The notes below the pieces were generated by a model that searched no databases, had not been told where the DNA came from, and worked only from the letters and a program-made list of their open reading frames with translations. Shown here piece after piece: positions 20,533 through 29,461 of a stretch of 46,614 nt of DNA (position 1 is its first letter; every line of letters begins with the position of its first letter). The stretch comes from an uncultured Chitinophagaceae bacterium (GTDB taxonomy: Bacteria; Bacteroidota; Bacteroidia; NS11-12g; UBA9320). Where the stretch lies: NCBI GenBank assembly GCA_964647785.1, contig CAZYJD010000008.1, forward strand, positions 1-46,614. The letters are read 5' to 3'. A program made the position numbers and the translations under genes.

Positions 20533-22694
20533 ACAACAAAAAAGGGAGACCCATGGCCTCCCTTTTCTGATGTGTATGATTTGGTGTATTATTTCGTCAC
20601 ATTGATCTTCCAGCTGCTCCAGCCGCTTTCTGTTTGCGCCTGTACCAGATAGATACCGCTGCTCAACGCACCCATATCTACTTTCCAGCTACTACCGGTC
20701 ATTTGTTCGATTACTGCATTCACCTGACGTCCACTCAAATCGGTGATCTTCAAGCCGGACAATTCGCCCTTGCCTTCTTTCACGTTTACTGTAAACACCC
20801 CGTTATTCGGGTTCGGGTAAATATTCAGCAGATCACTTCTGTTGATGTCGTTCACTCCGGCGATTGCATCTTCGATGTCAATGCTGCCCAGTGAATCCAA
20901 ACATCCACATCCGTCGGTGGTGTTGATCAACAGCTTTACGCGATAGGTGGTGGGTTCGGTGAACACTACCGTAGGCTCTACTTCACGATAAACACCCTGT
21001 CCTTCAATCAACCAGGTGTAGGCATCTGATCCGTAGCTCTTGTTGGCCGGACTGAACACCCATTCTCTTCCCCAGTTATCTCCTGTGGATGTTTGGGTGT
21101 AAGCACAACTTGGGGTTTCGTTGATGGTGATGGTTGAACGCGCTGTGTCGCTACATCCGCCTTCAATGCTCGCTACCAATTCTACATTGTAAGTGGTGCT
21201 CGTACTTGGGCTATAAACTTTCTTCGGTGAGTTCTCACTTGAGCTCGTTCCGTCGCCAAAGTTCCAGTTGTAGCTAATGATACCTCCACTGCTGGTGGTT
21301 TGGTTTCCGAAGTCTACTATTTCTCCTGAGCATGCGCCGGCTGCATCAAATGATGCAATTGGCTGAAGTTTTACATCTACCATTTTGCTCACCGTGCTCT
21401 GGCAATTGTTGCTCGCATCTACTGTGAGGGTTACCATGCGCTCACCCAGACCGCTGTACTTATGCTCAGGGTTTTTCTGATCTGAGCTGTTGCCATCGCC
21501 AAAGTCCCAGCTGTATACATACAGCAATCCGCTTGGCTCGGTGGTGGTGTTTGTGAACTGCGTTGGATCTACGTTACATACCTGACCGAAGCTGAAGTCT
21601 GCTACTGGACCTGGTGCTATATTTACTGTCTTGGTGATGCTATCCTGGCAGTTGAACTGGCTAATGGCTACCATCTTAACGCTCTTGGCGCCGCTGGTGG
21701 TAAAGGTATAAGCAGGGTTGTTTATGGTTTCATACTCGCCTGGTTCAAAGGTCCACTTCACCCCCACAAAATCGGTGGTGCTGATCGTGCTATTGTTATT
21801 GAACTGGATGGCGGCTCCCTGGCACTGTCCCTCGAATTCAAATTCAGCTACCGGCTTGGCAAACTGATTTGCATTCTTTGTCAACGTGCTTACACAACCA
21901 TTGGCTGTTGCGCGAAGGGTTACGCGATATCCACCTGGTGTATTGTACTCATGCTCCGGATCTTCCATCGTGCTGGTATTTCCATCACCGAAGTCCCAGC
22001 TATAGGTAATCGGTGAGTTGCCTACGATCGTGGTTTGGTTATCGAACTTAATCTTGGTGCCTTCACAGGCGTTCAACACCTTGAATGAGATATTCGGAAT
22101 GTGGTTCACTTCTACCGTTACGGTCGTGTCATCGCTGAAGCCCAATTCGGTGGTTACCGTCAGTTTTACCGTAAAGGTTCCTGCATTCTTGAACAAATGA
22201 ACTGGATCGGTAAAGTCGCTGGTTTCTCCATCACCGAAATCCCACATATAGGTCATGAATCCTTTCAATACACTTGAGGTGTTGGTAAACTCAGTTACAT
22301 CGCCCAAGCATACACGGGTTACTTCAAAGTTCGCCGTTGGGATTGGGGCAATGTAGATATAACGTGTAATGAAGGTGTCGCAGCCATTGGCCAGGTTACG
22401 AATGCCGATGGTGGCCATGATGGTGCTATCTTCCCATCCTACACTCGGTGAATAGGTCAATGTTCCATTGTCTGTTGAGGTTGGATTGGTCGTGCTCAGG
22501 TCGCCCGTGGGTATTGGGGTGCCATTTACACTGCTGAAATCAATACTGCTGATGGTCCAAGTGGTGCCGAAGCTCGAGTTTGGATTGTTTACCGGTGGCT
22601 TCAACTCATAGGTGATGCTGCGGCCTTCCGTGGTCAAATCCGGATCGTTCTTAGATCCGCGCTTGAAGTAACCGTCGAAGTTGTTGCCTTCAAT
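20533..22694. repeat. Direct repeat copy B (2,162 bp, 100% identical to 16603..18764).
   Basis: Same evidence as copy A. It spans 56 bp of 3' UTR and terminator plus the last 2,106 coding nt (701 codons plus stop) of paralogue 2. Confidence 0.95.
20536..20562 (-). terminator. Candidate intrinsic terminator 3' of T9SS paralogue 2 (a duplicate of 16606..16632).
   Basis: Identical sequence to the copy-1 hairpin plus T6, at offset +3930. Confidence 0.4.
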
Positions 22695-24311
22695 CACTGC
22701 TGCTTCTTGCAATTGTTCCTTCACTTTTGCTTCCATCCCTACGCGACCATTGCTCACACAACCGTAGCGGTAGTGTATCCCCATTGAAAGCGCATAGGTG
22801 GTGTAGGCTCCTTGACTTCCGAAGCTTCCGAGGGTTACGGTATTTCCTGAGAATGATAAAAACTCATCTGCGGCATCACGTGTACCCGGGTCAAGCATAA
22901 TGTTATTATCGGTCACCTCAACGTAGATGCTGTAGGTGGTATTTGCCGCAAGAGTGTATCCATCTGCAGGCACTGTGAAGGCCGGCCATGTTCCTGAAGT
23001 ACCATAGGTGGCAACCGTTCCTTCAGACAAGAGGGTCCAATCAACAGGATTGGTGGTAAAAGCCCCTTTCTTGATGTACAGTTTATAAGGTGTGCTGCTT
23101 GCCTGATAGGCCGTGAAAATGAATGAGTCTACGGTAAGGGCTGCCACACCTGTTTTCAATTCCATGAAACCTCCTTCAATATCTGCCGTAGAAGTTGATA
23201 CGATGTAAGAACCACCACCAACAGAATTGGCTAAAAAGAAGGGGGATGAGAAGCGCGCTGCTTCTGCAAAAAATGAATCTGTCTGATATAGGAAGGGGCT
23301 GGTGGCTGTCTGGCCATTGGCTACAATGCTACCGCCTGCAGGGCTGTCATACCAAAGCACTTCATCTTTTGAATTACCCGTTTTGGCTGTCAATTGAACT
23401 GTGCCCACCCCGCATCTTTCAACATCCGATGGAACCGGGTTCGAGGGCGTTCCCAACATATAAATAGATTTACTCAGCGTATCATCTGCATTTACCGTAT
23501 CGGACTTGCCGTTGGGCATGGAGCTCCAAATCTTGAAATCCTGCGTACTGAAGGCAGTGAAAGTCTCGTTGGTGGCAACCGTAACATCAGCAAAAGCACC
23601 TGTTTTGAGGGTGTCGGCTATTTTGAAATTGCTACCGCTGTTCCATTTTACCATTTTAGGGGTACTGCCATTGATGCTGTACCATATATTGGCACTATCC
23701 AATCTTTCAAGACCATTATTTGAAAGTCTAACTACGATATCAGAAGGAGAATCGCAGCCAAATGAAGGTTTAACCAAAGCAGAAATGGACGCATTGAGCG
23801 GTGCAGCCACATCATAAATCTCAATTTCTCTGAAATTCGGATTGCTGTACTGCCCCACATTGGCCATGGTCCAAGTGGTGATACGCATTTTGGTAGCCGT
23901 AAGCGGAGTGAAGTTGATGGTGTTCTCACACTGAACGGTCAAATTACCAAATGAAGCATGTGTCACCCATGCAGATCCGGTCCAACGTTCGATCACGGCA
24001 CCATTCAAGTAACGCCCTGTGGTTTGACCGTGGTAAATAACCATTTTGTTTACGGTAACTGTTTTTCCCCAGTCCCACTCCAAATATGGGTTTCCCCTAC
24101 CGGGAGCCCAGTTGAACCAGGTTTCTTGCGTACCACAAGCTCCGATCACCTTGTTGTTGGTCCCTTCAGGTGGATAGGTTGCATTGGAGAAAACGTTTGT
24201 TGCCAATTTGGCATCGGGTGCGATGTTTTTCTGGGCATTTGCTTCGGCAAAGGGCCATGCGACAATCAAAATTGCCAGCACCGCAGTTAATTGGTAAAAT
24301 TTTTTATTCAT
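20589..24311 (-). CDS. T9SS-secreted large surface protein, paralogue 2. The diverged N-terminal 539 aa are followed by a C-terminal 701 aa identical to paralogue 1.
   Basis: 1240 aa. Signal MNKKFYQLTAVLAILIVAWPFAEANAQ. The N-terminal half is ~50-75% identical to paralogue 1 in blocks (NIAPDA, NKMVIYH, ISALVKPSFGC, MVKWNSGSN). From ...IEGNNFDGYFKRG to the stop it is identical, with the same PKD repeats and C-terminal sorting domain. Confidence 0.85.
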   Translation of the reverse strand: MNKKFYQLTAVLAILIVAWPFAEANAQKNIAPDAKLATNVFSNATYPPEGTNNKVIGACGTQETWFNWAPGRGNPYLEWDWGKTVTVNKMVIYHGQTTGRYLNGAVIERWTGSAWVTHASFGNLTVQCENTINFTPLTATKMRITTWTMANVGQYSNPNFREIEIYDVAAPLNASISALVKPSFGCDSPSDIVVRLSNNGLERLDSANIWYSINGSTPKMVKWNSGSNFKIADTLKTGAFADVTVATNETFTAFSTQDFKIWSSMPNGKSDTVNADDTLSKSIYMLGTPSNPVPSDVERCGVGTVQLTAKTGNSKDEVLWYDSPAGGSIVANGQTATSPFLYQTDSFFAEAARFSSPFFLANSVGGGSYIVSTSTADIEGGFMELKTGVAALTVDSFIFTAYQASSTPYKLYIKKGAFTTNPVDWTLLSEGTVATYGTSGTWPAFTVPADGYTLAANTTYSIYVEVTDNNIMLDPGTRDAADEFLSFSGNTVTLGSFGSQGAYTTYALSMGIHYRYGCVSNGRVGMEAKVKEQLQEAAVIEGNNFDGYFKRGSKNDPDLTTEGRSITYELKPPVNNPNSSFGTTWTISSIDFSSVNGTPIPTGDLSTTNPTSTDNGTLTYSPSVGWEDSTIMATIGIRNLANGCDTFITRYIYIAPIPTANFEVTRVCLGDVTEFTNTSSVLKGFMTYMWDFGDGETSDFTDPVHLFKNAGTFTVKLTVTTELGFSDDTTVTVEVNHIPNISFKVLNACEGTKIKFDNQTTIVGNSPITYSWDFGDGNTSTMEDPEHEYNTPGGYRVTLRATANGCVSTLTKNANQFAKPVAEFEFEGQCQGAAIQFNNNSTISTTDFVGVKWTFEPGEYETINNPAYTFTTSGAKSVKMVAISQFNCQDSITKTVNIAPGPVADFSFGQVCNVDPTQFTNTTTEPSGLLYVYSWDFGDGNSSDQKNPEHKYSGLGERMVTLTVDASNNCQSTVSKMVDVKLQPIASFDAAGACSGEIVDFGNQTTSSGGIISYNWNFGDGTSSSENSPKKVYSPSTSTTYNVELVASIEGGCSDTARSTITINETPSCAYTQTSTGDNWGREWVFSPANKSYGSDAYTWLIEGQGVYREVEPTVVFTEPTTYRVKLLINTTDGCGCLDSLGSIDIEDAIAGVNDINRSDLLNIYPNPNNGVFTVNVKEGKGELSGLKITDLSGRQVNAVIEQMTGSSWKVDMGALSSGIYLVQAQTESGWSSWKINVTK

Positions 24312-24457
24312 TTTAAAGAAATCTTAAGCCTCGAATTTAAGCCTTCTTCATAGTAAAAGAAATATTCTAATCAAAATTGCGTCATACAATTGTCAGAAAG
24401 ACGGATTTAACAGTATCGCAGCTTGCAATTATCAATAAAACCAATAGACAAACCAGA

Positions 24458-25780
24458 TCATCCAAATGGCATTCGAGGCATGCCTCCGCGGCCCTGAAGT
24501 TTGTTCAGGTTCTTCATCATTTTGCGCATGTCTGCAAATTGCTTGAGCAAACGATTCACCTCGGTAACACTGGTTCCACTGCCATCTGCGATTCTTTTCC
24601 TTCTTGAGCCATCGATGAGTTCAGGTGCATTTCTCTCTTGGGGGGTCATGGAGCGAATGATGGCTTCAATACCTTTGAACGCATCATCGGAAACATCTAT
24701 ATCTTTCATGGCCTTCCCTACTCCGGGGATCATGGCCATGAGATCTTTCAGATTGCCCATTTTTTTAATTTGCTGGATCTGATTTAAAAAGTCATCCAGA
24801 TCAAATTGGTTTTTACGCAGTTTTCGCTGCAATTTCTCCGCTTCCTCTTGGTCGTAAGTCTGTTGGGCCTTTTCTACGAGAGAAACAATATCACCCATCC
24901 CCAAAATTCGATTGGCCATTCGATCCGGGTGAAATACATCCAGTGCATTCATTTTCTCCCCTTGACTAACAAATTTTATGGGCTTCTGAACCGTTGATTT
25001 TATTGATAAAGCTGCACCACCTCTGGTATCACCATCCATTTTGGTGAGCACCACCCCATCAAAATTAATTCGATCATTGAAAGCTTTGGCCGTATTCACT
25101 GCATCTTGCCCGGTCATGGCATCCACCACAAAGAGTGTTTCAGCAGGATCGAGTTTACCCTTGAGAAGTGAAATCTCATTCATCATGGTTTCATCGATGC
25201 TCAAACGACCAGCAGTATCGATGATCACCGCGTTGAAACCTTCATTTTTTGCTTTTTGAATGGCTTTTTGGGCGATATCAAGTGGATTGGGATTTCCTTT
25301 TTCAGCAAAAACTTCCACCCCAGTTTGTTCTCCCAAAACACCGATCTGATCAATGGCTGCAGGTCGATATACATCACATGCCACCAGCAGGGGTTTCCGC
25401 CCTTTTTCCTTCAGATGCAAGGCAAGTTTTCCCGAAAATGTTGTTTTACCCGAACCTTGTAAGCCTGCAATCAAAATCACAGCCGGATTAGGCTTAAGAT
25501 TGATATGCGCCGTCTCCCCTCCCAGCAATTTCACCAATTCATCGTTAACGATTTTTGTCATTAATTGGCCGGGGGAAACGCTCTTAATCACATTTGCTCC
25601 AAGAGCTCTTTCTTTGACTTCATTGGTAAAGTCTTTAGCAATCTTGTAGCTTACGTCTGCATCCACCAACGCCCTGCGAATTTCTTTGACGGTTTCGGCG
25701 ATATTGATTTCTGAAATCCTTCCTTGCCCTTTTAGGGTTTTGAAGGCTTTTTCCAGTCGGTCGGATAAATTTTCGAACAT
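24458..25780 (-). CDS. ffh: Signal recognition particle protein Ffh.
   Basis: Canonical N-terminus MFENLSDRLEKAFKTLKG (internal Met; cat at 25778-25780). GTPase motifs GLQGSGKTT, DTAGR, TKMDGD. The Met-rich M-domain ends ...RGGMPRMPFG. The ORF track's 23-codon N-terminal extension was rejected. Confidence 0.97.
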   Translation of the reverse strand: MFENLSDRLEKAFKTLKGQGRISEINIAETVKEIRRALVDADVSYKIAKDFTNEVKERALGANVIKSVSPGQLMTKIVNDELVKLLGGETAHINLKPNPAVILIAGLQGSGKTTFSGKLALHLKEKGRKPLLVACDVYRPAAIDQIGVLGEQTGVEVFAEKGNPNPLDIAQKAIQKAKNEGFNAVIIDTAGRLSIDETMMNEISLLKGKLDPAETLFVVDAMTGQDAVNTAKAFNDRINFDGVVLTKMDGDTRGGAALSIKSTVQKPIKFVSQGEKMNALDVFHPDRMANRILGMGDIVSLVEKAQQTYDQEEAEKLQRKLRKNQFDLDDFLNQIQQIKKMGNLKDLMAMIPGVGKAMKDIDVSDDAFKGIEAIIRSMTPQERNAPELIDGSRRKRIADGSGTSVTEVNRLLKQFADMRKMMKNLNKLQGRGGMPRMPFG

Positions 25781-26121
25781 AGCTTTAAAAAGGTTGGCAA
25801 ATTTAGTGCATTCAACCCGAGCCTTCAAGTGCAATGAACAATAGGCCATCTGCTTTTACCCCATAAGATCAAACTACAGGTGAACTCTCTCAGGCATCAT
25901 CACAGCGTGGGAGCGCAAGCCTTTTGATAACATTCTAAATCTTTACTACCTTGATTCAGTACATCAAAAGAAGCATTTGATCCATCTACTTTGGGTCTGT
26001 GCAATCCCAGCGCAATGAGCAGCCGAACACATCATCTTCGTCAAGCTTTCTTTGAACGTTGAATGTAAATGAGGGTCGGTTCAAGATCATGTCCTTTTTT
26101 TTAGTTTTTTTTGCCCCCAAT

Positions 26122-26841
26122 ATGATTCGTAAGCATTTTATTTCTACCCTGATGGTAATGAGTTTGTTTGCTTGTACCGAAAAAAAAGAGCCCATCAAAA
26201 GTCAAATCAAAGTCTATGAGAATCTGTATGAGCAGGCGCTGGGTTTCAAAGATGGCCCTACTGCGATTATGGCGTTGAATCGCATTCTTTTACTGGACTC
26301 TAGCAACCTGCAATATTCAGATTCACTTGCAGGCTTGTACATTAAGACCGGTAATTATAATGGTGGCTTGCAATTGGCGAAAAAAGTTTTTGCAGCAGAC
26401 AGCAGCAATTATCGCATCTTGGAGCTGACGGGCCTGGCAAATCAGCAATTAGGAAATTATCCTGAGGCGGTAGGTAATTTCAATCGCTTGTTCGAAAAAA
26501 GCGGTGATCCCAAGTACCGTTATCAGGTTGCTACCTTGTATTTCGAAAGTGAAGATTTTGGTGCAGCTGACTCTATCAGTACAGAAATACTGGCACGCGG
26601 AAGAGATACCAGCACCATTATTGAGATGTCACCTGCTGGCGTGTTAGAGCAGGTGCCAATTGAAGCGGCCTGCTATAATTTAAAGGCCATGATTGAAGCC
26701 GAGGGCAAGAGCAACTTCAATCAATCTGTAGACTATCTGCGTAAGGCGCTAGAAATTTATCCGGAGTTTCAGTTCCCACAGATGTACATCCAACGCATTC
26801 AGCAATACCAACAGATGATGCGTTATCAAGGAGGTTATTGA
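26122..26841 (+). CDS. Tetratricopeptide-repeat lipoprotein.
   Basis: Lipoprotein signal MIRKHFISTLMVMSLFAC (atg at 26122). Repeated TPR-like 34-aa helical units (AIMALNRILLLDSSNLQYSDSLAGLYIKTGNY..., ELTGLANQQLGNYPEAVGNFNRL...). Confidence 0.7.
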   Translation: MIRKHFISTLMVMSLFACTEKKEPIKSQIKVYENLYEQALGFKDGPTAIMALNRILLLDSSNLQYSDSLAGLYIKTGNYNGGLQLAKKVFAADSSNYRILELTGLANQQLGNYPEAVGNFNRLFEKSGDPKYRYQVATLYFESEDFGAADSISTEILARGRDTSTIIEMSPAGVLEQVPIEAACYNLKAMIEAEGKSNFNQSVDYLRKALEIYPEFQFPQMYIQRIQQYQQMMRYQGGY

Positions 26842-27380
26842 CGGGGAGTCCAGGAAACTTCAGGGGCACCCATATCTACGCTTACTTTTCTACTGAGGCT
26901 GAAGAGGTAGTCGCTCAAACGATTGAGGTATTTTACGATTAATTCTTCGACCTCTTCATTTTGCCCTAGATGAACCACCAATCGTTCTGCTCTGCGACAA
27001 ACGCAACGAGCAATATGAACTTGGGCATTTTCTATGCACCCACCAGCGAGTACAAATGATCTCAGTTCAGGCAGAGAATCTTGTATGCGATCGATGGCTT
27101 TTTCAAGCAACTCCACATCTGAGTGATGCAGCATAGGAACTTTCACTTTCTCCTTTCCCGGATCTGTTGCGAGCCTCGAACCAATCGTGAACAAGCGATC
27201 TTGAACTTCTTTTATGAGATCTGCGTCTTCACCTTTGGCAAAAGTACCTATCAGTCCTACATGGGCATTCAATTCATCTACGGTGCCGTATGTTTCAATT
27301 CTCAAATGCGCCTTGCTAACCCTGGTGCCTCCGAGCAGTGAGGTATGACCGGTATCTCCTTGTTTGGTGTAAATTTTCAT
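26835..27380 (-). CDS. ATP:cob(I)alamin adenosyltransferase, PduO-type (MMAB family).
   Basis: MKIYTKQGDTGHTSL...TYGTVDELNAHVGL and the downstream helical bundle pattern. Length 181 aa. Overlaps the TPR gene's 3' end by 7 nt (convergent). Confidence 0.85.
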   Translation of the reverse strand: MKIYTKQGDTGHTSLLGGTRVSKAHLRIETYGTVDELNAHVGLIGTFAKGEDADLIKEVQDRLFTIGSRLATDPGKEKVKVPMLHHSDVELLEKAIDRIQDSLPELRSFVLAGGCIENAQVHIARCVCRRAERLVVHLGQNEEVEELIVKYLNRLSDYLFSLSRKVSVDMGAPEVSWTPRQ

Positions 27381-27444
27381 AGTAATTGTTGGATGTACAG
27401 AAGTTGAAACACCGTCTTACTAAACTTGTTCAGTTAGATTGCTT

Positions 27445-28116
27445 TCAATTATCCACGATTTTACCATCAATCATCCTGATAACCCTTTCGGAATATTCTG
27501 CAATATCTTCTTCATGGGTTACCATCACGATGGTGTTACCTTGTTCATGTATTTGTTCAAAAAGCTCCATGATTTCGTAACTACTTTTTGAATCGAGGTT
27601 TCCAGTTGGTTCATCTGCAAGCAGAATAGAAGGACGGTTGACCATGGCCCTCGCAATGGCAACTCTTTGCTTTTGCCCCCCAGAAAGTTCATTCGGCAGA
27701 TGTTTCCAACGATCAGATAAGCCAACAGCTTTCAATACTTCATGTGCTCTTTCATGTCGTTCTTCCCGGCCAACACCTGCATAGACCAGTGGCAGTGCTA
27801 CGTTTTCCATGGCATTGATTCTCGGTAGCAGGTTGAACGATTGAAATACGAATCCAATTTCCCTGTTTCTCACTTCAGCTAAATCAGCATCATTCATGGT
27901 TTGCACCTCCGTACCATTCAGCACGTATGAACCAGAGCTGGGAGAATCAAGACATCCAATGATATTCATTAAAGTGGATTTGCCTGAACCAGAAGGCCCC
28001 ATTAAGGCAACAAATTCTGATCGCTCAATATCCGCGTTTACACCATTGAGGGCATAAAGGTCCATCTTTCCTACGTGATAGACTTTGGTAATTTCTCTCA
28101 GTTCAATGAGTGGCAT
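27445..28116 (-). CDS. lolD: ABC transporter ATP-binding protein, LolD/FtsE/MacB-like.
   Basis: Walker [11 protein letters not shown]-loop, signature [15 protein letters not shown], Walker [14 protein letters not shown]-loop. 223 aa with no TM domain. The LolD assignment is by family resemblance only. Confidence 0.8.
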   Translation of the reverse strand: MPLIELREITKVYHVGKMDLYALNGVNADIERSEFVALMGPSGSGKSTLMNIIGCLDSPSSGSYVLNGTEVQTMNDADLAEVRNREIGFVFQSFNLLPRINAMENVALPLVYAGVGREERHERAHEVLKAVGLSDRWKHLPNELSGGQKQRVAIARAMVNRPSILLADEPTGNLDSKSSYEIMELFEQIHEQGNTIVMVTHEEDIAEYSERVIRMIDGKIVDN

Positions 28117-28406
28117 TACTTCCGAATCACCTTGGGAACCCTGAAATAATCAGAATCAGCATCCGGGGCATTTTTGAGGGCGTCCTTTTGCGAGATCATC
28201 TCACCTACTTCATCTATTCTCAACTTATTCCCTTCTTCATTGATATAAATCAGGGGAGCTACACCATCGGTATCCACCTCTTTTAGTTTTTCACAGAATG
28301 CGATGATTCGCTCAAGATCTGCCTTGATGGTTTCTTTTTGTTCACCCTCGAACTGAAGGCGAGCCAAATGGGCCAGTTGATCTATTTTATCTTCAGAAAT
28401 ATTCAT
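28116..28406 (-). CDS. gatC: Asp-tRNA(Asn)/Glu-tRNA(Gln) amidotransferase subunit C.
   Basis: 96 aa. [33 protein letters not shown] follows the typical GatC pattern. Its stop overlaps the lolD-like start in a TAATG arrangement (shared A at 28116). Confidence 0.85.
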   Translation of the reverse strand: MNISEDKIDQLAHLARLQFEGEQKETIKADLERIIAFCEKLKEVDTDGVAPLIYINEEGNKLRIDEVGEMISQKDALKNAPDADSDYFRVPKVIRK

Positions 28407-28498
28407 TCTTGTTCATACTTAAGTTTTCAAATTTCAGCCAATAAGCCTCAAGGAAAATAAGCAATGGACCGCTGTGCTTGAATAATCGATCAATGCAC

Positions 28499-28903
28499 TC
28501 AAGCAGACTCCATAACCTCTCTGAGTCTATGCGCTTGGGTATTGATAAATTCCTTCAATGGGCCCTGTGCAAGCATTTTCATCATCATATTTAAATCGGC
28601 ATCTACATAGGCCAACAGCGCTGTGGATGCACCATCATCACTGAGTTCCCAGTGCACTGTAAATGTAAACGGTATGCTCCCTTCCGGTTCAAGGACGATT
28701 CTTCGATTTTCTTCACAGCTTCCTTTCTTCATACGCACTTTGCCCATTCCGTCAATTTTCAGATGGGCTTCCTCCTCATCGGCATGAAACTCACTTACCC
28801 TTGATGGCATGAGTTGTTCGTAGTTTCTAAGATCGGCAAGAAAGGCATATACCTCCTGTGCTGGTCGATTCACTATTATTTTGTCGCTTTCAATTCTGGT
28901 CAT
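28499..28903 (-). CDS. SRPBCC (Bet v1/polyketide cyclase-like) superfamily protein.
   Basis: 134 aa. The N-terminal ...IIVNRPAQEVYAFLADLRNYEQLMP resembles the helix-grip fold family. Confidence 0.65.
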   Translation of the reverse strand: MTRIESDKIIVNRPAQEVYAFLADLRNYEQLMPSRVSEFHADEEEAHLKIDGMGKVRMKKGSCEENRRIVLEPEGSIPFTFTVHWELSDDGASTALLAYVDADLNMMMKMLAQGPLKEFINTQAHRLREVMESA

Positions 28904-29424
28904 TCTATGGTGATTTGTTTATTGGAGGGAGTTGCTAAAAATCCTGCAGTGAGTACTGCGATAACTGCGCCTATGATCAGGCTTTCAAATAACACACTTT
29001 TAGCTTGCCCTAATGGGGTAAACTGCGCATGGATGGCAGTTTCTACCTTCTGGATATTCTCATCCGTTCGGTCTGCTTCATCCAAATTGGCCACATAATT
29101 TTTATAAGCCAATTCTGCGGGTTTATCGAACATGGTTGGACTGGTTAAAAACCAAATGCTGTAGAACAATATGACCACGATTCCTCTGATAGAGGATACT
29201 GCAAGACCCCTGACCATTGTTTGGCCCAAGCTGATCTGGCCATTTTTTTTACGGTAGGCAATCACGGCGAAAACGATGCAAAGTGCAAGAATTGCCCATG
29301 AGCCTATGGTGAACATTAATTGCCTTTGTGGTTCGAGGTAACGTTCTTCAACATAGTGAAAGTACATGGCTATACCCGGTACTACTCCTGCAACCCCTCC
29401 CATTAACCAGGTGATCCAATTCAT
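28900..29424 (-). CDS. DUF4199-like small membrane protein (four TM helices).
   Basis: 174 aa with four hydrophobic helices. The pattern is common in Bacteroidota DUF4199 proteins. Overlaps the downstream gene by 4 nt. Confidence 0.5.
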   Translation of the reverse strand: MNWITWLMGGVAGVVPGIAMYFHYVEERYLEPQRQLMFTIGSWAILALCIVFAVIAYRKKNGQISLGQTMVRGLAVSSIRGIVVILFYSIWFLTSPTMFDKPAELAYKNYVANLDEADRTDENIQKVETAIHAQFTPLGQAKSVLFESLIIGAVIAVLTAGFLATPSNKQITIE

Positions 29425-29461
29425 TGGTTAAATTTTATGTAAGTCTAGGATACCTGATGAA

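Noticed and set aside
16704-22200. Duplicated plus-strand ORFs inside the two paralogues (16704..16964 = 20634..20894, 86 aa; 18088..18270 = 22018..22200, 60 aa).
   Set aside because: They are antisense to long, motif-rich coding sequence and are identical only because they lie inside the 2.16-kb repeat. They have no independent coding signal.
25781-25849. N-terminal extensions in the ORF track for ffh (MAYCSLHLKARVECTKFANLFKA-), tatC (to 10593), fabG (to 11341), actE (to 40399), comB (TTG at 34331), the TPR gene (26059) and the GT-C-like gene (32831).
   Set aside because: In each case an internal Met gives the canonical family N-terminus (MFENLSDRL..., MSFLEH..., MAKSLEGKVAL...) or a proper lipoprotein signal peptide. 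The extensions would overlap upstream genes or terminator hairpins.
25850-26121. Possible SRP (4.5S) RNA gene next to ffh.
   Set aside because: The conserved domain-IV sequence and the characteristic GGAAGG/AGCAGCC motifs are not present on either strand.
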